Origin: Candidatus Micrarchaeia archaeon
GTDB lineage: Archaea; Micrarchaeota; Micrarchaeia; Micrarchaeales; Micrarchaeaceae
Direction of reading: 5' to 3'
Assembly: GCA_049964795.1 (NCBI GenBank)
Contig: JBMFWY010000009.1
Coordinates: forward strand, 1 to 37,267
Length of the DNA stretch: 37,267 nucleotides
In this document: in pieces, positions 19,758 to 27,429 of the stretch
Numbering within the stretch: position 1 is the stretch's first letter
Layout: every line of letters starts with the position of its first letter
The notes under the pieces: generated by a model
Seen by the model: the letters and a program-made list of their open reading frames with translations, nothing else
Databases searched by the model: none
Told to the model about the DNA's origin: nothing
Made by a program: the position numbers and the translations under genes

Positions 19758-19900
19758 CTTCGCATTAGCAGATTTATAGTGCATAATATATTTAAATCTT
19801 GCTGCTTTTCGAAGGCAACAGACGCACAAGCTGGGAGCCAGAGCACAAAAGTAGGGACATTGTGCTATGCTTGCAAGCAAGCTTTTCAATGCACAAGCGC

Positions 19901-20809
19901 TCAATGCAGCGATGCAATTATGCCGTCTATTACCCCGTTTACTCCTATGCCGCCAGTGCTCCTTACCACAAGCCTGTGGCTGAGTATCGGTCTTGCAAGC
20001 GCCTTTATATCTTCGATGTTGACCTCACTCCTGCCCTCTATAAGCGCTTTCGCTTTTCCACATCTCATGAAGCTTATCTCCGCCCTCGGGCTGCCACCCA
20101 TTACTATATGTATATCTTTCCTGCTCGCATTGACAATTTCGGTTATGTATTTTACTATGTCGTCGCCCATTTTTACGCTGTCGACCATGCCCTGGAGCTC
20201 TACTATGTCGCCTGTTGTAAGGACATTGTTTATCTTTACGCTTTCGCCCTTTTCCTTTATCCTGAGCATCTCCTGCTCCTCTTCCATGCTTGGATAATCT
20301 ACTGCTATCCTCATCAGGAACCTGTCCGCTAGCACTTTAGGTATTGGAGTGGTGCCTTCTATGTTAAGGGGGTTTTGCGTTGCAAGCGCTATGAAAGGCT
20401 TCGGCAATGGGATTGTCTGGTCGCCTATGCTGACTTGCCTTTCCTCGAGCGCCTCGAGCAAAGCTGTGGTCGTTTTTGGCGGCGCCCTGTTCAGCTCGTC
20501 CACAAGCAGTATGTTGGTGAAGATCGGTCCCTGCTTTAGCTTTATCTCCTTATTTTCATCAATATAGGTATAGCCTATGATGTCGCGTATGTCGAGGTCC
20601 GGCATGCCTTGTATCCTGTTGAACTTCGCTTGCACGGCTTCCGCAAGCGTCTTTGCCATTGTAGTCTTTGCGACTCCAGGCACTCCTTCAAGCAGCACAT
20701 GGCCGTTTGCAACAAGGGCTATGAACATGAGCTCTATTACCTCCTCCTTGCCCGCTATCCTCTTTTTGACTTCTTTTAACACATTCTGGTACGCTTCTTT
20801 TGGGTCCAC
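19901..20809 (-). CDS. MoxR family AAA+ ATPase
   Basis: GHVLLEGVPGVAKT, LLVDELNRAPPKT, ATQNP, DRF, GGSPRA. Confidence 0.95.
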   Translation of the reverse strand: MDPKEAYQNVLKEVKKRIAGKEEVIELMFIALVANGHVLLEGVPGVAKTTMAKTLAEAVQAKFNRIQGMPDLDIRDIIGYTYIDENKEIKLKQGPIFTNILLVDELNRAPPKTTTALLEALEERQVSIGDQTIPLPKPFIALATQNPLNIEGTTPIPKVLADRFLMRIAVDYPSMEEEQEMLRIKEKGESVKINNVLTTGDIVELQGMVDSVKMGDDIVKYITEIVNASRKDIHIVMGGSPRAEISFMRCGKAKALIEGRSEVNIEDIKALARPILSHRLVVRSTGGIGVNGVIDGIIASLH

Positions 20810-20940
20810 ACAAAAACCTTATTAAACTTAACTATTAGAATATAAGCAGGCAAAGATTAAATAATAGTGCTGCATGCGCAACGTAAAGCATAAGCAATGG
20901 CTTGCCCAAGCAGCGCAGCTATTAAAGGAGGTGACGTTAA

Positions 20941-21267
20941 ATGATAGGAAAAAAATCCGAGTTCAAAGGCAACGCTCTTATAAAAGATGTTGAGGAACTC
21001 ATAGAAAAAAGGGGAAAAGTTGGAGAGCTGACTTACGAGCAGAAGCGCGCTTACGAGCATGCGAAAGCGCTTGTGCAAAAGAAGCACTACAACGAGCTGA
21101 AGAAAGAGCTTGAAAGCCTTGGCATGCTTAGCGACGACGCGGTAGCAAAGGTGCTGGAGATCATGCCGAAGAGCAAGGTGCTGCTTTCGCAGCTTCTCAT
21201 AAAGGAGAAGAGGGTTTTCAGCGACGAGGACAAGGAAAAGATACTTTCTATTTTAGGTAAGGCGTGA
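20941..21267 (+). CDS. rpo4: RNA polymerase subunit Rpo4 (RpoF)
   Basis: MIGKK, ELTYEQKRAYEHA, K-LEIMP; AGGAGGTG SD; precedes DUF655 as in the conserved operon. Confidence 0.88.
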   Translation: MIGKKSEFKGNALIKDVEELIEKRGKVGELTYEQKRAYEHAKALVQKKHYNELKKELESLGMLSDDAVAKVLEIMPKSKVLLSQLLIKEKRVFSDEDKEKILSILGKA

Positions 21268-21315
21268 AGCGCTGTTGGCGTTGATTGCACGCATGTTTGT
21301 TGTGGAGGGTGAAGG

Positions 21316-21903
21316 GTGAAAAGAATGGAGGAAACAGGAGAACAGCAAGAAAAGCGCGAGGAGTACGCAAGGGTAATAGACTTCATGTCCAGTGGAAAGG
21401 CGTCCTCCAACAGGTCCGAGCCCGTTGCCCAGCTGGTAGGCGAAGAATGGTTCACGCTTTTGGAGGCACAGCCCAGGGAGTCCGTCTCGCTGCAGCTGGC
21501 CGAGCGCGTTTACATAGGCAGAGAAGAGAGGGACAAGATTTACCTTATAAAAGGAAGGATAAGCTACGAAGACCTCACACAAACGGCAAAAAACGAGCTG
21601 CCTACTGTAGTCATGCAAATAATAATGGATAACGAGCACAGATTCATAGAGGTTTTCAATAAGTCAGGCCCACTTAATATTCGCGAGCACACTCTTGAGC
21701 TTCTTCCCGGCATAGGCAAGAAGCATTTGGTAGCAATACTCACGGCGCGCGAGAAGAAGCCTTTTGAAAGCTTTGCAGATTTGAAGGGGAGGGTTCCACT
21801 GCTTCAGGATCCGGCCAAGCTACTTAGGGACAGAATAATAAGCGAGCTTATGGGTGCTGAGCGGTTCTACATGTTTGTGAAACCTTTCAGGAAGAGGCTT
21901 TGA
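21316..21903 (+). CDS. DUF655 family RNA-binding protein
   Basis: EEYA-V-DF, Q-VG-EWFTLLE, HhH LELLPGIGKK, PFESFAD. Confidence 0.92.
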   Translation: MKRMEETGEQQEKREEYARVIDFMSSGKASSNRSEPVAQLVGEEWFTLLEAQPRESVSLQLAERVYIGREERDKIYLIKGRISYEDLTQTAKNELPTVVMQIIMDNEHRFIEVFNKSGPLNIREHTLELLPGIGKKHLVAILTAREKKPFESFADLKGRVPLLQDPAKLLRDRIISELMGAERFYMFVKPFRKRL

Positions 21904-22002
21904 AAACGCAGGCATTGGCCTATTCCGCTGAGCGCGAGTGCACAAGCTGAACACGCTGTGCAAAAAGCAACAATAAATGCTGTTGCTCTAAAAATAGACT
22001 TT

Positions 22003-22287
22003 TCACACTTTTTCAAGATGCAGTGAAGGCACTATGAGCTTCCTTTTTGCGCTCATGACATTTACTTCTACTATATAGGCTTCGCCGCGCTGGCCAATTA
22101 TCTTCCCTATCTTACCCCTGTATCTGGGATGCGGTATGTCCCTGTAGTTGCCTTTTGGCACTATCGCCACTTTGTCCCCTATGCTGAACTTTTTCAGCTG
22201 ACTCCTCGTGCCGAGGCTCGAAGGCCTGTGGTGCCTTGCTATATTCCTTGTCCTTTTCGAAAGCATGCCGTTTGATTTCATGGTCAT
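22003..22287 (-). CDS. rpl21e: 50S ribosomal protein L21e
   Basis: KSNG...TR, F-IGDKV, PHPRYRGKIG, HLEKV. Confidence 0.94.
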   Translation of the reverse strand: MTMKSNGMLSKRTRNIARHHRPSSLGTRSQLKKFSIGDKVAIVPKGNYRDIPHPRYRGKIGKIIGQRGEAYIVEVNVMSAKRKLIVPSLHLEKV

Positions 22288-22495
22288 TGCTATCTCCTTA
22301 ATTATTTATTATAGAAAATGTCCAATTAAAAAGCATTTGCACTGCTTTGGCGGATTTTCGCCGCTGCAGCGTCAAATAGCAATAAGGATTAGCAGCATAA
22401 CCTATTTAATAGTTCATTTGCAAACTCTTTTTGTAAAGGAGAGTGCGCGCGATGAAGCCGCTACCTCCGTTGTTTAAAAGCAAAAAGTGTTGCGA

Positions 22496-22813
22496 ATGGC
22501 TGAAAGAGTTTCTACTCCGCACAAAAGGGTCACGCTGAAGCCCACTTACCACGTGGTAAACATAGTCGCAAATGCCGACTTGAACACCTATCTTGATCTT
22601 TACGGTCTTGCAAGCATATCCCACGACGTGGACTACGAGCCGGAGCAGTTTCCTGGCGCCATACTGAAGGTCTACAACCCCAAGGCGGCGCTGCTGCTTT
22701 TCAAGAACGGCAAAATGATATGCACCGGCGCACGAACTGTTTCAGACGTAAGGAAAGCGATAGCAGAGGCTGTTGAGCTCATCAAAAAGTACAAGAAGCA
22801 GTCTGGAGAGTGA
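22496..22813 (+). CDS. single-repeat TATA-binding-protein-like protein (105 aa)
   Basis: One complete TBP repeat: NIVA..DL...LDL...YEPEQFPG....P-A-LL-FKNGKMICTGAR. No second repeat. Confidence 0.9.
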   Translation: MAERVSTPHKRVTLKPTYHVVNIVANADLNTYLDLYGLASISHDVDYEPEQFPGAILKVYNPKAALLLFKNGKMICTGARTVSDVRKAIAEAVELIKKYKKQSGE

Positions 22814-22857
22814 AAAAAAACCCTTTTTAGGCATATACGTTAATAACCAAAAAACAC

Positions 22858-22965
22858 CGCAAAATATTTATATAGGGTAGTATAAGATACTACCACGGTT
22901 TTTTACGCTGTTTCTGTAAAAACCCTATTCTCATCCACCCAAGGCGTATGCTTTGCATACGCCTT
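22858..22965 (+). other. BRE/TATA followed by three inverted repeats; candidate sRNA or regulatory element, last hairpin a likely terminator
   Basis: TTTATATA 22867-74; GGTAGTAT-AAG-ATACTACC 22876-94; GGTTTTTTAC..GTAAAAACC 22897-924; AAGGCGTATGC-TTT-GCATACGCCTT 22941-65. Confidence 0.45.
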
Positions 22966-22977
22966 ATATTTTAGCTT

Positions 22978-23568
22978 TTAGCTTTGGCTTTCTTTAGCCA
23001 TTTTCCTAGCAAAAACCAGATATCCTGTATGCCATACTCCTTTTGTCGAAGGTCTCATGCCTTCTTCCCTCACCAGCATATCCCTTACTATACTCTCAAG
23101 CACCATTATGTCAGAGAAGCCGTATCTGTTGAGCTCCTTGACAAATGCCTTCACCTGTTCCATGTGCGGAAGATAGCCGAATATGAAGCCGCCGTCCTTG
23201 AGCGCTTTGTAAGCCTTGCCGACGACTTTGTTTGATTCGGGCATGTCGAGGCTCACCAAATCGACATCCTTTTCCTTTATTCCTTTCCTTACATCCCTGT
23301 TTACTATTGTAAGATTTTCAACCCCTTCCCTCTTCGCATTCGTTTCTGCTATTTTTATGAATTCTTCCCTTATCTCATAGCTTACTACTTTCTTGCATAT
23401 TTTCGCAAGCGAAATGGCAAGCCATCCACTGCCTGTTCCCGCGTCTACGCAAACGCTGTCCTTGCCGATTCCGGCATATGCCATTACCATGCCTATGTCC
23501 TTGGGCAGCATTACTTGCGGCCCTCTTTTAAGCCTTCTATAATGCTCGGGCAAAAAAATTGAAGTCAT
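22978..23568 (-). CDS. trmI: tRNA (adenine-N1)-methyltransferase TrmI-like, lacking the N-terminal domain
   Basis: KRGPQVMLPKDIG, DAGTGSG, LDMP, MRPS...HTGYL; ATG overlaps the topA stop. Confidence 0.88.
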   Translation of the reverse strand: MTSIFLPEHYRRLKRGPQVMLPKDIGMVMAYAGIGKDSVCVDAGTGSGWLAISLAKICKKVVSYEIREEFIKIAETNAKREGVENLTIVNRDVRKGIKEKDVDLVSLDMPESNKVVGKAYKALKDGGFIFGYLPHMEQVKAFVKELNRYGFSDIMVLESIVRDMLVREEGMRPSTKGVWHTGYLVFARKMAKESQS

Positions 23569-25844
23569 ACTCTCGCCTTGCCTTTTTTGCTTGCTTTCCT
23601 TGGCGATTTTCCTGATTTCGCCTTTTTACCTTTTCTTACTTCATGTTCCGCCTCGGTGCTTGCTTTGATTTCCTTTTTTGGCTCGCCGGCTTTTGCGGCA
23701 GTGCCTGCTGCTTCCTGCCGAAGCACTGCCTTTTCGCCTGTGCTTCTCGCCTTTGCTGAATTGCTGCTTTCCAAAGCTCCTTTCGCCCCATGCTTCTCCT
23801 GCGCCTCGGCACTTGCCTTGCCTTCTTTGCAATTGAGGTTCAAATCCGTCTCGAAGGCGCCTCCTCGTCCAAGCAAGATCTTTACTATGGGCGCGCCGCA
23901 TACTTTGCAGACTTTTCCGGTTGCAAAAACCCTGGCCCGCTGTGGAAGCGGATAAGTATTGGTGCACTTTGGATAATTGCTGCAGCCCACGAACTGCTTT
24001 CCTTTTCTAGACCTCCTTATTATAAGGTCTCCGCCGTCAACAGGGCACTTGCCCAAAACCTCCTGTTTTGGCATTGCTTCCTTGCTGCTTTTCATCTCCT
24101 CCGCTATTCTAGGCATGTTCTTGTCAAACAGCTTCAATGCTTCAAGCAAAATCCTTTTGCCCTCATCTATAACTTCCTCTTCGCTTTTCTCGTTTTTTGC
24201 TATTTTTTCCATGTCTTCTTCAAGCGCTCTCGTCGTGCTTTCGTCAACTATCATCTCGCAGTTGTCTTTCAGCGCCTTGTAAACTGCCATGCCAAGGCTC
24301 GTCACTTTTATGCTACCTCCTTCGATATATCCCCTCCTGAAAAGCGTATCTACAATTTGCGCGCGCGTCGCTTTGGTGCCAAGGTTTTTCCTTTCCAGCT
24401 CCGCTATTATCCCCGCCTTGGTATACCTTTTCGGAGGCTGCGTCTGCATTTCCTTGACCTCGACTTTTTCCGCAATTGCGGGCTCGCCGCTCTTGAACTT
24501 GGGCAGCTCCTTTTCGTCTACTTTGGCGTATTTGTAAAAGTCCATCCAGTTTCTTTCTATTACCCTCTTGCCCGAGACGCTGTAGCGCTCAGCCCCGAAC
24601 CTTGCCACAACTTTCGATGTTGCGACTCTCGCCGGCTTTGCAAAGCAGGCAAGGAACCTTCTTGCTATTAAGTCGTAGATCATGCTTTCCTGCTTGCTGA
24701 GCCCCTTCGGCATTACACCTGTCGGGAATATTGCGGGGTGCGCTTCGTCGTATTTCGGCCCCTCTCTTGGCCTGAACCTCTTTTCACTTATAAGCACTTC
24801 GGCTTCCTTGCTGTATTCAGGGTTCTTTGCAAGTTCCGAAAGTATCTGAGGCAAGTTGAGTATTGCAGGAAGCTTCTGCGAAGAGGTTCTAGGATATGAG
24901 ATATACGACCTCTCATAGAGAGTCTGCGCTATGGCAAGCGTAATCGAAGGATCTATATGCATTGTTCTGCTCGCCTCAAGCTGCAGCGAGGTCAGGTCAA
25001 ATGGTGGATAAGGCCATAATTCTTCCTCTTTTTCCTCTGCTGATTCTATAACGCCATTGCTGTTGCGCTTAGTCTCTTCGGCTGCTGTTTCTGCTATTTC
25101 CTTGCCCTTTATGTCTCCCCTCTCGTTCAGCATTCCGACTCCGCGCACTTGAGCGAGAACCCTCCAAAATGGCTCAGGCGTGAATGATCCTATTTCTAGC
25201 TCTCTTTTTGCCAATATCGCAAGAGTCGGTCCTTGAACCCTGCCTACGCTTAACACTTCCTTCTTACCTGCGCTGCCTTCGTTTATTGCGCGCATCAGTG
25301 CCCTACTTAGGTTTATCCCCCAAAGCCAGTCTAGTATGTGCCTTGTTTCCCCAGCGTAAAAATTGCTCATGTCAAGAGGAAGTATGTTGGTGTATGCGTT
25401 TATCAAATCCCTCGTTGTCGTTGTGGAGAATTTCATTCTACCTGTATTCGTGCTCTCCATGCCTTTCGAGATGTACCTTATGATGTTTGTGCCTATGACG
25501 GTGCCTTCAAGGTCGAAGTCGCACGCGTTTATGAACAATCCGCACTCCTTACCTAGCATGGAAAGCGTGTCCAGGTAATCCTTCGTGTAAAAGGATCTCT
25601 TGCTCACTGTATAGGAAGGAGCCCACTCCACGTTCAAGACAGGATACCCCTTCGCGTTGTCTGATTGCTTTATTGTAAAAATATGGCCGACGGCGGCGGC
25701 GATATATACCTTGTGTCCTTCCCTACTTACCTCGAAATAGCTGCTCCTTCCGGCGCCCCTTTTGCGCTCTGCCTTGCCTTCGCCTATTGCTATCGCAAGC
25801 CTGAGCGCTACACTGGGTTTTTCGGCAATTATTAGAGTATCCAT
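23565..25844 (-). CDS. topA: DNA topoisomerase I (type IA)
   Basis: IIAEKP, D-DLEG, SVGRVQ, ISYPRT (catalytic Tyr), AHPAI, GTKATR; zinc ribbon CP-DG...FVGCSNYPKC; Lys/Ala-rich tail. Confidence 0.97.
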   Translation of the reverse strand: MDTLIIAEKPSVALRLAIAIGEGKAERKRGAGRSSYFEVSREGHKVYIAAAVGHIFTIKQSDNAKGYPVLNVEWAPSYTVSKRSFYTKDYLDTLSMLGKECGLFINACDFDLEGTVIGTNIIRYISKGMESTNTGRMKFSTTTTRDLINAYTNILPLDMSNFYAGETRHILDWLWGINLSRALMRAINEGSAGKKEVLSVGRVQGPTLAILAKRELEIGSFTPEPFWRVLAQVRGVGMLNERGDIKGKEIAETAAEETKRNSNGVIESAEEKEEELWPYPPFDLTSLQLEASRTMHIDPSITLAIAQTLYERSYISYPRTSSQKLPAILNLPQILSELAKNPEYSKEAEVLISEKRFRPREGPKYDEAHPAIFPTGVMPKGLSKQESMIYDLIARRFLACFAKPARVATSKVVARFGAERYSVSGKRVIERNWMDFYKYAKVDEKELPKFKSGEPAIAEKVEVKEMQTQPPKRYTKAGIIAELERKNLGTKATRAQIVDTLFRRGYIEGGSIKVTSLGMAVYKALKDNCEMIVDESTTRALEEDMEKIAKNEKSEEEVIDEGKRILLEALKLFDKNMPRIAEEMKSSKEAMPKQEVLGKCPVDGGDLIIRRSRKGKQFVGCSNYPKCTNTYPLPQRARVFATGKVCKVCGAPIVKILLGRGGAFETDLNLNCKEGKASAEAQEKHGAKGALESSNSAKARSTGEKAVLRQEAAGTAAKAGEPKKEIKASTEAEHEVRKGKKAKSGKSPRKASKKGKARV

Positions 25845-25906
25845 AAAAAGCACAAGCATTAAGTGCAAATCAAACTATCATGCGCTGCGATTGCAGCATT
25901 GCTCGC

Positions 25907-26245
25907 TTATCCACTTTTTCGATTATCAAATTTTCCCTTTTTGGGCGTGCCGCCTGCCTTGCCCTTCGGCTTTGCGACGGCTCTGGCCGCCTTGCCCGCA
26001 GGAGAAGGTTTCGCTTCTGGAAGGCTCACCACAGGTACTTCGCGGCGAACCTCCGTTTTGTGCCCTTCCTTTCCTTCATATCTTCCGCTTGATATAAGCC
26101 AGGAATTCACAAGCCCTATTGCGAGGGCGATGCCCACTACAACATAAAAATATTCGCTTGCCCCAGAAGTTATAAATAATGCAATGGCGTATATGGTAAG
26201 CGCAACCACTACGAGCGATACTGCAACTGCAACGAAGCTGTTCAT
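25907..26245 (-). CDS. hypothetical membrane protein (2 TM + basic tail)
   Basis: Two hydrophobic segments followed by a K/P/A-rich tail; same strand as topA. Confidence 0.65.
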   Translation of the reverse strand: MNSFVAVAVSLVVVALTIYAIALFITSGASEYFYVVVGIALAIGLVNSWLISSGRYEGKEGHKTEVRREVPVVSLPEAKPSPAGKAARAVAKPKGKAGGTPKKGKFDNRKSG

Positions 26246-26265
26246 ATCATCAGCGGTGTATTTAG

Positions 26266-26622
26266 TTGGATATATACCTAGTTATATTTATAACACTTAT
26301 TGCAGCTTTGATCGCGTCTTTTGCACAGATTCTCTTCAAGAGGGGGATGGCAAAGTCTCTTTCAGGCCTGCGCGAAGTCCTGGCTTTGTTCAAGAGAAGA
26401 AACGTGCTTGCGGGCATCGGAGCTTACGTTGTGAGCTTGGTGATATACCTTTATGCACTTAAATCCGCGCCGCTTTCGCTGGTTTATCCGATATTTGCAA
26501 GCAGTTTTGTGTTCACTGCCCTTTTTTCCTCGGTTTTCCTTAAAGAAAAAATAAACGCAGTGAGAGCCGCAGGCGTATTGCTGGTTTTTGTTGGCGTTGC
26601 GATAATAGGGATTACGGCGTAG
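26266..26622 (+). CDS. small DMT/EamA (SMR-like) transporter subunit
   Basis: 4 TM; AQILFKRG, PLSLVYP, LKEKI...G motif. Confidence 0.85.
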   Translation: MDIYLVIFITLIAALIASFAQILFKRGMAKSLSGLREVLALFKRRNVLAGIGAYVVSLVIYLYALKSAPLSLVYPIFASSFVFTALFSSVFLKEKINAVRAAGVLLVFVGVAIIGITA

Positions 26623-26631
26623 GCGAATCGA

Positions 26632-26958
26632 ATGAATGGAAAACTCTCAAACATAGGTTTCATAATTATATCCACCCTACTAGGGGCAGTCGGGCAGCTG
26701 CTTTTTAAGTACTCTTTTGGCAGCACAGAATTCGCCGCGGTTATGTCTGCGGGCATAATCGTGTATTTTATATCTACCCTATTCTACTTTTACGTTCTCA
26801 GCAGGACGCACCTGAGCTGGGCATACAGCTTCGGAGGCCTTGCCTACATATTCGCGGTATTATTTGCGGCAGTGCTCCTCAACGAAAACGTGCCGCTCCT
26901 GAGATGGATAGGGGTATTCACCATATTTTTAGGAGTAGTACTTATAGGGCTCACCTAA
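26632..26958 (+). CDS. small DMT/EamA (SMR-like) transporter subunit, partner
   Basis: GQLLFK, LSWAYS, LNE-V...RWIG; 9 nt after its paralog. Confidence 0.85.
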   Translation: MNGKLSNIGFIIISTLLGAVGQLLFKYSFGSTEFAAVMSAGIIVYFISTLFYFYVLSRTHLSWAYSFGGLAYIFAVLFAAVLLNENVPLLRWIGVFTIFLGVVLIGLT

Positions 26959-26967
26959 TCTCGACAA

Positions 26968-27001
26968 GGAAGCCCACACGCTTTAGTCGTGAGCAGTTTA
27001 C
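26968..27001 (+). mobile_element. orphan IS200/IS605 (TnpB-type) right-end remnant
   Basis: GGAAGCCCACACGCTTTAGTCGTGAGCAGTTTAC resembles the GAAGCCC..CTTTAG..GG-AGTTCAC subterminal hairpin and end motif; no tnpA/tnpB nearby. Confidence 0.5.
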
Positions 27002-27072
27002 CCGAGCTTGCTTCTTACTATCCACGGGGCGCATCCGTAGATCCATTATGGCGTTGGCACCATGACAGTAGC

Positions 27073-27375
27073 TCATTTGTAGATTTTTGCAATCATGCTT
27101 ATGATAGGCACCTCTATGTCCCTGTCATATCCCGCAGAGTAGCCTATGTACATGCCATAAACCCATATCACAACGCCAAACACGCTTATGTAAGGCAGTA
27201 GAAGCAGCGCGAAGGCTATTGCACCAAGAGCGCTCGCCTGCAAGCTATGGAATCTTACCCTTTCTGGATTATCCACCTTTATTTCTTCGGAAAGCACGTA
27301 TGCGCTCAGCCCCGTGAAAAATCCCAACGAGTAGATTGCAATATACATAATCCTTGCTTTTGTATCCCCATTCAT
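27073..27375 (-). CDS. DUF4870-like small membrane protein
   Basis: Y-LGFFTG, VRFHSLQA, VPII pattern; GGTG SD 5 nt before ATG 27375. Confidence 0.7.
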   Translation of the reverse strand: MNGDTKARIMYIAIYSLGFFTGLSAYVLSEEIKVDNPERVRFHSLQASALGAIAFALLLLPYISVFGVVIWVYGMYIGYSAGYDRDIEVPIISMIAKIYK

Positions 27376-27429
27376 GCAAGCACCTTTTTGCTTTTGCATT
27401 TCTGTCGCTTTGCCTTCCGCGTTTTTCCC

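Noticed and set aside
22208-22477. In-frame upstream ORF as the missing first TBP repeat (readthrough)
   Set aside because: The translation has no TBP motifs and overlaps rpl21e antisense.
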